DNA from: a virus | IMG/VR virus record: IMGVR_UViG_3300042988_001700 | Location: 1-64,000 of that record | DNA: 64,000 nucleotides | Direction: 5' to 3' (one strand) | Part shown: one piece after another, positions 40,782 to 50,149 of the stretch | How positions within the stretch are numbered: position 1 is the first letter of the stretch | Layout: each line of letters starts with the position of its first letter | Notes under the pieces: model-generated | What the model was told of the DNA's origin: nothing | The model's input: only the letters and a program-made list of their open reading frames with translations | Databases searched by the model: none | Position numbers and translations under genes: made by a program

Positions 40782-40976
40782 CTAATCGTGTTTGTTCTCA
40801 CACATAGCGGATGGCGGGTCAATGTATGCCCACCAAGCAACATGATTAAAAAATGGAAATCCAGAACTTGCCGTAGTTAGATTGTATCTTCTATTCGGCC
40901 TTATCATTGGATCATTCGAAAGAGTTACGATCAAACGCCCATCTTCGGGTTTTTCGCTTGCAGGAAACCAATCCAT
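40782..40976 (-). CDS. DUF551-like small phage protein
   Basis: W-x-P-x-SEKPE...VAWWAYI. Confidence 0.5.
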   Translation of the reverse strand: MDWFPASEKPEDGRLIVTLSNDPMIRPNRRYNLTTASSGFPFFNHVAWWAYIDPPSAMCENKHD

Positions 40977-41176
40977 TACTTTATCACAATCCCATGTGTT
41001 TTAACCGACCGACGAGCAGCGCGTTCTGCGTCTCGCTGTTTCATTCGCTCTTTAATCTCCGGAGCATCATTCCAATCTATCCTTCCAAACCTTTCATCCC
41101 ATTCTTCGTCCGAACAATCCCGGTTGAGAGAACATTCCCCTCTTGACGCAAATTTATTCAACCGTTTCCGACCCAC
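40976..41176 (-). CDS. Hypothetical protein
   Basis: AGGAGG RBS; coupled to the next gene. Confidence 0.5.
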   Translation of the reverse strand: MGRKRLNKFASRGECSLNRDCSDEEWDERFGRIDWNDAPEIKERMKQRDAERAARRSVKTHGIVIK

Positions 41177-41190
41177 GATACACCCTCCTG

Positions 41191-41361
41191 TTATTTTGTT
41201 TTCAGCGCTTCTGGCTTAACCATATCAACCACAGTCTTCTCCACCATCTTTCGGTACGATGTATTGTACTTGATCGTGTTTCCGAACGTCCAAATTCCAT
41301 AGATACCGAATCCGATGCAAAAAAGAATAAGAACTACAACAAAAGCATAAAAAACTTTCAT
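41191..41361 (-). CDS. Small membrane protein
   Basis: Start MKVFYAF after AGAGG; N-terminal transmembrane helix. Confidence 0.5.
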   Translation of the reverse strand: MKVFYAFVVVLILFCIGFGIYGIWTFGNTIKYNTSYRKMVEKTVVDMVKPEALKTK

Positions 41362-41577
41362 AATTTTCCTCTCTTTACCAATCAGTTGGATAAAAAATTG
41401 GAAGAACATGCCTTACTATTTTGCATATCCACCAACAACAAGAGGCCAATAAAACAATAAAAACAAAAAGGGCGATATGCAACAACCTGTTACTTCGCCC
41501 TGACACTTCTTTAGATTTATTACACATAATTTCCTTTTGCATACTAATATAACAAATCTCGTTATAAGTATACAACT

Positions 41578-41937
41578 TTATTTCATTTTTTTTGTTTTCC
41601 TTAGCTCTCTGGGTATCATGGTATAATCTGAAGATTTCTCAACGCGCTCTCCAGCCTCTTTTCCTGACTTCTTTATGGACTCAGAAACTTCACGCTTCGC
41701 CTTCTCCATGTCCATACTGCCAGCGCCTTCGTTCATACCTCCGTTTTTGTAGCTATTGACTTTTGTCGGCTTTGCATTACCAGCTTTCTGGTGTGCTGCT
41801 GCGGTTGCAATTTGCTGCGCATGCGCCATGCTGCGGGGCGTTGCGTTCCCGATTTTGCCGGTCTCTTTGTATTTGTCGATCATGTCACCGATATTTCCGC
41901 CTATTGTCTCTATTGAACTACCTGTTTTCAATGGCAT
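41578..41937 (-). CDS. Small basic phage protein (MPLK... type)
   Basis: AGGAGG RBS; MPLKTGSS...AQQIATAAA; YKNGGMN motif. Confidence 0.6.
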   Translation of the reverse strand: MPLKTGSSIETIGGNIGDMIDKYKETGKIGNATPRSMAHAQQIATAAAHQKAGNAKPTKVNSYKNGGMNEGAGSMDMEKAKREVSESIKKSGKEAGERVEKSSDYTMIPRELRKTKKMK

Positions 41938-41946
41938 AGTTACCTC

Positions 41947-42189
41947 CTACTTCTTGTTAAGTCCACCACATTTAAAACCCTGGATTGCGTTTCCCTGTTT
42001 AGCTCTCGGAACGCTACCGTTTCCCCGGGTTGTCATATAATCTCTCAACGTGAACGCTTTGGGACCTGCTTGCGCCACCTTTTGAACTGGCTGCACCGCT
42101 GGCGTGTTCGATATTGTCTCGATCGGCAGTGGTCGTCTCTGGATCTTAATCGGCATGATTCCCTCCTTAGTGTGAGTTAAACCATCCAT
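41947..42189 (-). CDS. Small basic protein (likely start MPIK after AAGGAGG)
   Basis: RBS present; C-terminal GFKCGGLN motif. Confidence 0.55.
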   Translation of the reverse strand: MDGLTHTKEGIMPIKIQRRPLPIETISNTPAVQPVQKVAQAGPKAFTLRDYMTTRGNGSVPRAKQGNAIQGFKCGGLNKK

Positions 42190-45100
42190 CCGTCTTTTTG
42201 TGTTCTGTCACCTACTATTGACGGTGGTCTTTCTGGCGGGAGGGGAACCCCATCATTATATAATTTTCCCTCTTTTGCCCGTCTTTCTACGTCCTGAAAA
42301 TATGCTGTGCCTTGATATGAGTACGGTTTTAATTTCTTTAGTGCCGGTTCAATCTTTCCCTGCTCCCACAGGATAGATACAACATTACAAAATGCTCTTG
42401 CAAGCAGGTGTCCACTTTCTGGCTTAGTATCATTCATGGTCCAAGAACTCATTTGCCGTGAGAAATTCTGGCAACAATCATGTATTAACAGTTTTCCACG
42501 CTCTAAAATCCTTTGACCGTACAGTATTGCACCATTTTCATCATACCGCACGTTCTTACGAAGAGTTATTCTGTACTTTCGGTATGCGCTGCGCATGTCT
42601 CCGCTGCCTGTCTTACTGAACATTTCGTCATTAGCATACCATTCCCAGCCCTGCAAATTGCGATACAAATTTCCAGTTGTCTTCCTGATGGATGAAATCA
42701 GTGAGGAGATAACGCGCTCTGGTGCCGGTGATCCAAATAGAAATTCATCAAAAACTATCAGTCTTCCGGTCTTTGCAGTCCAAACCATGAACAGAACACC
42801 AGTATTCTGCGCGCTATCGGTCCACTGGCTGACTATTAACCGCGTACCATTGTCTAAATTGTCCCAACCAATAACAAAATTCGAAGTATCGCCCCTATAA
42901 TCCTTGAACACTCGATTCCCAGACGTAAGCAACTTATACGCTCCCGACACACCATCTATTTGATCCCGCTTCCCAAGAGGAAATGCGCCTGCTTCTGATA
43001 GAAACGACTGATTCCACGGGCCGCGCAATAAAAACACATGTCCATTTTCAGCCAGAGCACACCACGGACGCGCTCTTTCTGTTTTCTCCCCTGTCGGAGT
43101 ATCGGCATATACAACGCGATCGGGGAGAACGTTTTTCTTGAAGTGCATTGTAACAAATTTTCCAGCGCTCCCCTTTTCTTCTTCGATTCCGACCTCAACA
43201 ACTCTCCCGTCACGATCAGCGCATAGCCGTACCTTGGTCTCAGTGACAGCCGGGGTTGTCCTAAAATGTTCTACGTCTGCTATATACAAATCAGCGCCAT
43301 ATAAACCAACCTTTGGACCGGCAGTCCAATCCGGATTTTTCCCGGGCTTCACCTCGCTTGCAGCAAAATCCCAATATCTCAGCCACTTTATACCATCTGG
43401 GGCTTGGTCTACAATCTTAAACCATTCAGGCTTAAACATTCCGCCCTTATAGCTGATATTCCAGTTGCCATGTAACAGTCTCTCCTTGGTAACAGCATCC
43501 TGTGCGCTTAGAGTGCTTTTGTATGATGGATCAGCACTTGGGTTGTCGTCTAATGTAGCAGCGATAAACGTAAAACTCTTTGGCGGCTGCCCGTCCTCAT
43601 CTCTCCAGTCCTCCGGAACCCATATCACCTTGTCGTCCTGAACTGTCATGTATCTGATTACCCCGGAGCGCTCTTGGATAGCATATCCTGTGTCTGGATC
43701 GATCCACCAATCAACTAACTCACGCACCCAACCTCCAATTGGATCGTCCTTGTCTGTCGGGTTGGTTGTTGCCCTCACATAGCACGGGCCGACATATTCG
43801 TCTGGACGCCGGGACCTTGTCACCAAATACCAGAACTGAGCCCTAGAATTCCCCGTCCAACAACACCTTCCATTTACTCGAATATAAAAATTATTGTTAT
43901 CTTCTACTTCTGGACAATAAACCTTACCTGAATACTTTTCAGTATACCAATCGTTTGGCTTTGTCTGACAATGTGACCGCTCAGATACAGATATTCTCCA
44001 CACATCAAACCCAGACTTAGTTCTATGATACGACTTTGTGGCAACAAGTCCCAAGTTAAACGCCATTATCTGTAAATCGTCAATAAGACCAGAGCTACAT
44101 AGCCCAATTGTTATTCCTTTTGACTTGTTTATATATCCATCACCACCAACAAAGCAATCCCAAAAAAGGCGTTGCTGTCTTTTTGAGGACCCCAACAACC
44201 ATTTTGGCAATCTTCTTTCGTGCTGATTTCCGTATGGTTTTAACAAATCATATAGCTGTCGGCTACATATAATAAACGATCCATCTTTTCTGTATTTCCA
44301 CCGATAGCCCAACTCGTCAAGAATGTCACTTATTTCTTTGACATGTTCAATTTTTGTCTGTCGTATATTGACTATCCTACTATTTGTTCTATTTTTCATG
44401 GGGAACGCGCACCCCTCAGAAAAATACCAACCAAGAAACTTTATCCAAACATCAATATTCAACTTATTAATGGAATTAGAATTTTTACCGTGACCACGCC
44501 AATTCGGCATATCAAGTAAAACATCATCAACTTCATTCCCTATAAAATTACCAGACCTTGGAATGTAACATCCTTTTGTTACCTCTTGTGCCTTTCTGAA
44601 TTTCCACTCGGTTCTTTTGTTCGAAGAAACCATCACATTATGATTAGGTGTTACCCTAAAGGATACTCCGTTACGCTGTTTTATACACTTTAAATCGCCA
44701 TCGTAATTAAATGCGTGTAGTTGTTTTATTTTTTTGTATTCGATATCCCAACTATGATTCAACGAGGCGGCCTTGTCACCATTGGATAAATCCTTAATAT
44801 TTTTCCACCCCGAATCTGTTAAAACATCAGTATCTTCCGTCAAACAAAAATGTGTTAGCTCGTCAAAACCGATAAAAGGATATTGCGCACCCTGGTGGTC
44901 GAACCTATTCTTCTCATGCTCCAAATGAGAAAAAGCTATTTTTGCTCCTGAAGGAAACCTGTGCGTCAACTTCCCCTCAATCGGTACGGCTCCCTGGGAT
45001 CGATATAGATTAACAGATGTGTCCCATAGCCCACCACCAATTGTAACTTGCTTGGATGTTCGGCGAAACGTGACGCCGTTGAAGGCGGGGTCGGCAACAT

Positions 45101-46322
45101 TGCGTAATGGATCAAGAAGAAGGCAAAACGAATTATGCGTTACAATGAAGTCATTGCACATATACAGGCCGTTTGGATTCGACACTGTTATGCAGCGCAT
45201 CGGAACAGTATTCCCGGTTCTCTCAACCGATACCACGCGACGATACATTTTTAATTGCTGATTCAACCCCTGAAGAACAGACTTCTTTCGCTCTATACGA
45301 AACAACTTCTCCGGCTGCGGATGCTTAATGTATAGCCGATATGATGTATGGCAATACACTTTTTCGCCGTTTGCGTCACGGTAGAACGGTTCTTTAGGAG
45401 TTATTACGACCGTAGAGCCAAGAGACCTCAGAATAAACGCTACATCATCGGCTAACTGCTTGCTGGAAGATGAATATTCGATATATCCATCCTTTTCGAC
45501 GTGTCCATCAGTATCAAGCAGACCTTGAATTATAGAATATCTATCATTAATCGACGCCCACTTGAATGCGTCCGGGATAAACTTCTCATGCGACCGCCTG
45601 TTATCCAGACCATATAAGCGCATTATAGCAAGCAAATCCTTGCGGCTGTCGCCAATAAAATTGAATTTATACCCCAACCCACCTTTAACACTGCCGGTTA
45701 GGTTATAAACACCTAAAATTTCTTCATAATGAGGGACATCGTCACGATGAATATCAAAAGTTATCGTATTTTTTCGCAGACACCCATTCCCAAGTAACGC
45801 CCCCATAGCGTAAGGATTAATACCAAAATCAAAATCGTCAATAGCAGCAAAACATTGTTCCTTGCACACTGGAATTAGCGGCCAATTAGGTCTTTCTCCA
45901 ACCGATTCTTGCTCAACAGCCCTATCGCACCACTTTTTTAACCGTAGAGTATCGATTACTTTGCCAGAAGACTCTCCAAATATTCTTTTACCATTAACCT
46001 TTATACCTTTTCCAGATCTCCAAGCTAACCACAAATGCTCTGGACCACACAAAGCACTGGTATAATCGTGAAAAGTTATTCTATACTCTTCATCATTAAC
46101 AATGGGATGAACACACTCAACTATTCCAATACTTCCATCAGGATTATTTATAGAGTCACCAACGTTAATGTTAATTAGCTTCTTAACCCCGTAAGGCGTT
46201 ATTATATCAGAAGTTAATGGTGCTCGTTTGCCCGGTCCCGCAGAGCCACCAAAAATTGCTATATCGGCTGTGCAAGAAAGAAATGCTGTTTGCGGTCCTG
46301 GATGTGGAGAAATCTGACCCAC
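42177..46322 (-). CDS. terL: Terminase large subunit with two inteins (predicted 683 aa after splicing)
   Basis: PHPGPQ, Walker A GGSAGPGK|S, Walker B FIGFDELTHF|S, ATTNP, nuclease RYWDFA...DWTAG...DQIDG. Confidence 0.95.
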   Translation of the reverse strand: MGQISPHPGPQTAFLSCTADIAIFGGSAGPGKRAPLTSDIITPYGVKKLININVGDSINNPDGSIGIVECVHPIVNDEEYRITFHDYTSALCGPEHLWLAWRSGKGIKVNGKRIFGESSGKVIDTLRLKKWCDRAVEQESVGERPNWPLIPVCKEQCFAAIDDFDFGINPYAMGALLGNGCLRKNTITFDIHRDDVPHYEEILGVYNLTGSVKGGLGYKFNFIGDSRKDLLAIMRLYGLDNRRSHEKFIPDAFKWASINDRYSIIQGLLDTDGHVEKDGYIEYSSSSKQLADDVAFILRSLGSTVVITPKEPFYRDANGEKVYCHTSYRLYIKHPQPEKLFRIERKKSVLQGLNQQLKMYRRVVSVERTGNTVPMRCITVSNPNGLYMCNDFIVTHNSFCLLLDPLRNVADPAFNGVTFRRTSKQVTIGGGLWDTSVNLYRSQGAVPIEGKLTHRFPSGAKIAFSHLEHEKNRFDHQGAQYPFIGFDELTHFCLTEDTDVLTDSGWKNIKDLSNGDKAASLNHSWDIEYKKIKQLHAFNYDGDLKCIKQRNGVSFRVTPNHNVMVSSNKRTEWKFRKAQEVTKGCYIPRSGNFIGNEVDDVLLDMPNWRGHGKNSNSINKLNIDVWIKFLGWYFSEGCAFPMKNRTNSRIVNIRQTKIEHVKEISDILDELGYRWKYRKDGSFIICSRQLYDLLKPYGNQHERRLPKWLLGSSKRQQRLFWDCFVGGDGYINKSKGITIGLCSSGLIDDLQIMAFNLGLVATKSYHRTKSGFDVWRISVSERSHCQTKPNDWYTEKYSGKVYCPEVEDNNNFYIRVNGRCCWTGNSRAQFWYLVTRSRRPDEYVGPCYVRATTNPTDKDDPIGGWVRELVDWWIDPDTGYAIQERSGVIRYMTVQDDKVIWVPEDWRDEDGQPPKSFTFIAATLDDNPSADPSYKSTLSAQDAVTKERLLHGNWNISYKGGMFKPEWFKIVDQAPDGIKWLRYWDFAASEVKPGKNPDWTAGPKVGLYGADLYIADVEHFRTTPAVTETKVRLCADRDGRVVEVGIEEEKGSAGKFVTMHFKKNVLPDRVVYADTPTGEKTERARPWCALAENGHVFLLRGPWNQSFLSEAGAFPLGKRDQIDGVSGAYKLLTSGNRVFKDYRGDTSNFVIGWDNLDNGTRLIVSQWTDSAQNTGVLFMVWTAKTGRLIVFDEFLFGSPAPERVISSLISSIRKTTGNLYRNLQGWEWYANDEMFSKTGSGDMRSAYRKYRITLRKNVRYDENGAILYGQRILERGKLLIHDCCQNFSRQMSSWTMNDTKPESGHLLARAFCNVVSILWEQGKIEPALKKLKPYSYQGTAYFQDVERRAKEGKLYNDGVPLPPERPPSIVGDRTQKDGWMV
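43848..44846 (-). mobile_element. Intein 2 just after TerL Walker B (333 aa, LAGLIDADG endonuclease)
   Basis: Begins CLTEDTDVLT, block B VTPNH, FLGWYFSEG / CFVGGDG, ends WTGN|S. Confidence 0.9.
45132..46226 (-). mobile_element. Intein 1 in TerL Walker A (365 aa, LAGLIDADG endonuclease, class 3 signature)
   Basis: Begins RAPLTSDIITPYG, ends FIVTHN|S; EHLW, MRCITV and VTHN give the WCT triad; PYAMGALLGNG and IIQGLLDTDG. Confidence 0.9.
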
Positions 46323-46328
46323 GGAATC

Positions 46329-46961
46329 TTATTCCTTTTGTTTTTTCGAAGCAGCAGCTATAACCCTAGCTGACTCTTTCCCGTTAGATGGAAGGATTAT
46401 CAAATTGGTTTCCACCTTAACGGACGGACCTTCTGGCTTTTCAAGTCCAAGCATGCGAGCTAACCGGTCAAGAGACTTGTCCTTATCGTAGGTTTCAAGC
46501 TTTAGCTCTGCCAAATCAACATCGATCTTGACCTCACCATTGGTTGTCGTTCGCGTGCGACACTTGGAAGATATGCTCTTTACAAGCCTGGTATCTATTT
46601 CTGACACTGGCTTTATCTTAACGCCTCTCTCGTCATAGGTATAGAAGTCCCCGGCATTGCTAAAGGCGTGTAGCGCTGTTTCCTCGACCACTCGGTCACG
46701 TAATGCGGCAAAGTGCGCACCAGTATCGGCTCTAAGCCTGGCTATCTCTTCCTTTATGTGTGGCATGTTAAGTAACTCGTAAGCAATAGTCGTAGCAGAA
46801 TGCTCTGAATAGCCTGCCTGCTTTGCTGACCGTGCACCATTAAAGCACAGGATGTATTTCTGACAAAACAGCCGTTGTTGATCGTTTAATCCCTTTTTAC
46901 GCGGCTTTCCAACTTTTTTTTTCGAAACTTTTTTGGAAATGGTGTTTTGTACTGTCTTCAT
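46329..46961 (-). CDS. terS: Terminase small subunit
   Basis: LNDQQRLFCQKY...NGARSAKQAGYS...AYELLNMPHI; directly upstream of TerL. Confidence 0.9.
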   Translation of the reverse strand: MKTVQNTISKKVSKKKVGKPRKKGLNDQQRLFCQKYILCFNGARSAKQAGYSEHSATTIAYELLNMPHIKEEIARLRADTGAHFAALRDRVVEETALHAFSNAGDFYTYDERGVKIKPVSEIDTRLVKSISSKCRTRTTTNGEVKIDVDLAELKLETYDKDKSLDRLARMLGLEKPEGPSVKVETNLIILPSNGKESARVIAAASKKQKE

Positions 46962-46966
46962 AACCC

Positions 46967-47305
46967 CTATAATACATCCTTTTTGGGTGATTGTGCAACT
47001 TTTTCTTCTTTTAAATAGCTATCTGCTTTTACTATTATATCCCTTATGCGCCTATACTCTTTGTCTAAGAACGCTATTTTTTCTTTCTTCATGAAAGATT
47101 CGCTGTCGAACGATTTTTTTTTGGACTTAATAGCTGCGTCTATTTGAATCTTTCGGAATTTATTATCAGCAATCCCAAAATAAGCGTTAAGCAGCTCTTT
47201 GATTGCCGAATCAGCTTTGTCATTAAAATACTTGGTTGAATTGAGAAGGCAATCACTATGCCAACCAACTATCATTGCCCGGGAGTTATTTCTTTTCTGT
47301 TTCAT
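46967..47305 (-). CDS. Hypothetical protein
   Basis: Operon packing. Confidence 0.45.
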   Translation of the reverse strand: MKQKRNNSRAMIVGWHSDCLLNSTKYFNDKADSAIKELLNAYFGIADNKFRKIQIDAAIKSKKKSFDSESFMKKEKIAFLDKEYRRIRDIIVKADSYLKEEKVAQSPKKDVL

Positions 47306-47474
47306 TTATTTTACCATCACCATTCTCTACATATTCAATGTCAACAGGCACGCACGCCTTACAATACTTTCGACGGTCTTGCTTGCAATCAAGTAATTCT
47401 TCATGCGGCAATTCGTGTGGACATCCTTCACACCATATTGCGAATGTTTTTATTTTTGGACATTTCATCATCAT
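47286..47474 (-). CDS. Small Cys-rich protein
   Basis: KCPK...WCEGCPHELPHEE...C...YCKACVPVD; duplicate of the C-terminal part of the upstream ORF. Confidence 0.6.
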   Translation of the reverse strand: MMMKCPKIKTFAIWCEGCPHELPHEELLDCKQDRRKYCKACVPVDIEYVENGDGKINETEKK

Positions 47475-48271
47475 AATTTTCTATTCCTTTTAACATTAGC
47501 ACTCCTTATGATTTTTAGTTCATATTCACGCTCTTCAACCATAGAATTCCACCTGTTGACCTTTTCTTGGTATTCAGCTACCTTTTCCTTTGCTATCTTT
47601 AAATGACGAAGACACATTTCTTCACGCGTTTCTTCGCGCTCGTCGTCAACAGGAACACACATACTGCAATATTTATTAACTGATTTTTTGCAATCGGACT
47701 TTTCTTCGTGAGGCAACTCATGATCGCACCCTGCACACCACTCCGTTTTCTTTTTTGGGCATTTCATCATCATTTTTTTTTCTTCTCCTTTTTTCATAAA
47801 GCACACCCAATGGGTTTTTTGCGCTTTACCTGATGGATGGCCAAAAAGAGGCTTCTGGTCGGTGCACCTTAGTATGTTTCTGAGAGGAATATCACACTCA
47901 TTCCATTTAAAAACCAGTATTCCGCTTGGTTTGAGCACTCTAAAGCATTCTGAGAATCCTTTTTCGATATCCTCCGTCCACGTTTGCCGATCAAGCGCTC
48001 CATAGCACTTAGCCATGTAGCTTTTTTCTCCAAGGAAAAGGTGTGGTGGATCGAAAACCACAAGCTTGAAAGTTTCGTCTGGGATATCCATATTGCGGAA
48101 GTCCATTACTCTATCAGGCTGGCAGCTTCTTACCCTCCCATGTATTCCGTTACCAACAATCTCCGGCGGCATCGTGCGCTTGTCTATAAAAAGAACATCT
48201 GGGTTGTGCTTGTCGAACCAAAACGCCCGGCCACCACAGCACGCATCTAAAATATCTGGATAGTACGTCAT
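47471..48271 (-). CDS. Class I SAM-dependent methyltransferase (probable DNA amino-MTase), in frame with a Cys-rich module
   Basis: Start MTYYP after GGAGG; ILDACCG, VVFDPPH, FRVLKPSGILVFKW. Confidence 0.8.
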   Translation of the reverse strand: MTYYPDILDACCGGRAFWFDKHNPDVLFIDKRTMPPEIVGNGIHGRVRSCQPDRVMDFRNMDIPDETFKLVVFDPPHLFLGEKSYMAKCYGALDRQTWTEDIEKGFSECFRVLKPSGILVFKWNECDIPLRNILRCTDQKPLFGHPSGKAQKTHWVCFMKKGEEKKMMMKCPKKKTEWCAGCDHELPHEEKSDCKKSVNKYCSMCVPVDDEREETREEMCLRHLKIAKEKVAEYQEKVNRWNSMVEEREYELKIIRSANVKRNRKL

Positions 48272-48495
48272 ACCTCCCAATACCCTTCGATTAAGCCATA
48301 AACAGTATACTCGTCGCCGTTCGAATCCTTGCATACCATCCTGCTTACATTTTGGAGCCAGACGATATACTTTCCCTCCGGCTCTTTTACGACAACCGGA
48401 TACCATGCGAACCATTGGTGCCAATCGTATTTGTTTTTCGTCCGAATCTTCAGTTTCACAATAAAACCCTTTGAATGAGTTATGAGGAATTTCAT
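48268..48495 (-). CDS. Hypothetical phage protein
   Basis: WHQWFAWYPV motif seen in small phage proteins. Confidence 0.55.
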   Translation of the reverse strand: MKFLITHSKGFIVKLKIRTKNKYDWHQWFAWYPVVVKEPEGKYIVWLQNVSRMVCKDSNGDEYTVYGLIEGYWEV

Positions 48496-48713
48496 TACCT
48501 TTTCACCTTGAATGGATTTTTACGATCAAACCCCCGATGCCCCAAAGACTCGGAGGAAACAATTATGTCTTCATACATTTTAATGTATTGCGCCTCTTCC
48601 AATAACCAATTTCCTGCCATTGCTTGCTTTGCGCATGCGGCCAAATATCGCTTGTGCATCTTACTCAGCAGGGCTTTATGTTTAGAGATAGATTCGATCA
48701 TTTCCCCTCCCAA
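48495..48713 (-). CDS. Hypothetical protein
   Basis: Operon coupling. Confidence 0.45.
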   Translation of the reverse strand: MGGEMIESISKHKALLSKMHKRYLAACAKQAMAGNWLLEEAQYIKMYEDIIVSSESLGHRGFDRKNPFKVKR

Positions 48714-49312
48714 ACTCCGTTAAAATAAGCCGGAACTGTCCCCGCGTGTATCGGAGTGTGGTTGACCATCAATTGGCCAGTAGCTCCATAGCTCCACTCG
48801 ATTTCGTCATACCTCCACACACGGCCATCTTTGTGAAACACATACACGAACCCGGCAATATTCCGAACCGTAAGCCCAACCGATTCCATGTGTTTGCGGA
48901 ATACTGGCGGCTCCTGATTGTTGTGGTCTGGAATTAAAACCGGTTCGTTGGAACCACGGCCAAGCGCGTCTTCGACGTCCAATGGTATCTGGAGACTGGG
49001 GCGTCTATTGTTCACCGCTTTCATAAGATAATCAACGATATTATAAACACTCCCATCTTTGATAGAATCAATCCCAGAATTGTATTCATCTATCTTATCG
49101 GGAGATTTAATAGCCACAAAAGCCTCTAAACACTCCTTACACCTCTGTGTCCAGCCCATCCCCCACTTGGTAACATCAAGCACACAACCAAATAATCGGC
49201 ACTCAACCTGCATACCCAATTTTGATATGCCAAGATATTTGCAGAATTTTCCTGGCTCAGAAGCACAATTCTTCTCTCCACACTCTATTTCGTCAGTCCT
49301 CACGTATTTCAT
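48698..49312 (-). CDS. Hypothetical protein with Cys-rich N-terminus
   Basis: AAGGTG RBS; six Cys in the first 65 aa. Confidence 0.5.
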   Translation of the reverse strand: MKYVRTDEIECGEKNCASEPGKFCKYLGISKLGMQVECRLFGCVLDVTKWGMGWTQRCKECLEAFVAIKSPDKIDEYNSGIDSIKDGSVYNIVDYLMKAVNNRRPSLQIPLDVEDALGRGSNEPVLIPDHNNQEPPVFRKHMESVGLTVRNIAGFVYVFHKDGRVWRYDEIEWSYGATGQLMVNHTPIHAGTVPAYFNGVWEGK

Positions 49313-49415
49313 ATTACACCTTTTGTCACATTATTTTAACATTGAAAGGCTTAAAATCTTATTCCAGACCGAAGATTTCTTCCATTTTTAGGCAAAAAAT
49401 AATCCGAATTTCACA

Positions 49416-49805
49416 TTAACCCTCTAAAACACTTCTTTCTTTATCCAAATCGCGGTTCAAAACAGCGTTGTAATCAAATTTTAACGGGAAGCGAGCCTTT
49501 AGCTTGTCGATATTCATCTGCATTACCTGATCGAACGATGACCCGATAGCCCGAAGAGCGAGTGCTGCATACCAGCAGATATCTCCCAATTCTTCTTTTA
49601 GGTTGACGATATCCAGATTGTCGTTATAAAATAGATGTCTCTTGATTGAATCAGCGAATTCACCTGTCTCAGTCGTAAGTCCAAGTGCAGCATGTAACAG
49701 ATCAACCAATGTACTGCAATTATCGACGAGTTTAATGGCAACATCGGCGCACTGTTCCGGATCGGCGGTCCTGGCTGACTGCTTGAGATATTCTTCGTTT
49801 GTCAT
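49416..49805 (-). CDS. MazG-like nucleotide pyrophosphohydrolase
   Basis: HAALGLTTETGEFAD...KEELGDICWY...NIDKLKARFP. Confidence 0.9.
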   Translation of the reverse strand: MTNEEYLKQSARTADPEQCADVAIKLVDNCSTLVDLLHAALGLTTETGEFADSIKRHLFYNDNLDIVNLKEELGDICWYAALALRAIGSSFDQVMQMNIDKLKARFPLKFDYNAVLNRDLDKERSVLEG

Positions 49806-50149
49806 AAAAACCTTATGTCCTCGTTTTTAACTGAAATTGTTTTTCCATCCACCAACTCAACGATTCCACACAGCGCTTTTTCAGCATCCTTGTAATACCC
49901 GCAGAATCTCCCGACCACATTTCCGTTGCTAAATACGCATTCTACTATTACAATGTCATATTTACCAACCCACGGAGGCATACCAAGCCATACGTGGTGA
50001 GGAATACCATCCAAGTATTTTTTAGCGTCAGAGGAACCGCTACTCAGGATTTTCATCTCAGAGTCCCCGAAATGTAGTGGTGCGCAACAAAAGAGGAGCG
50101 ATATCGTTGAAATATCGCCCCGGCAGGAATATATACGATTACCGAACAT
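49802..50149 (-). CDS. Hypothetical protein (true start probably internal, MKIL)
   Basis: ATGA coupling to the MazG-like gene. Confidence 0.4.
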   Translation of the reverse strand: MFGNRIYSCRGDISTISLLFCCAPLHFGDSEMKILSSGSSDAKKYLDGIPHHVWLGMPPWVGKYDIVIVECVFSNGNVVGRFCGYYKDAEKALCGIVELVDGKTISVKNEDIRFL

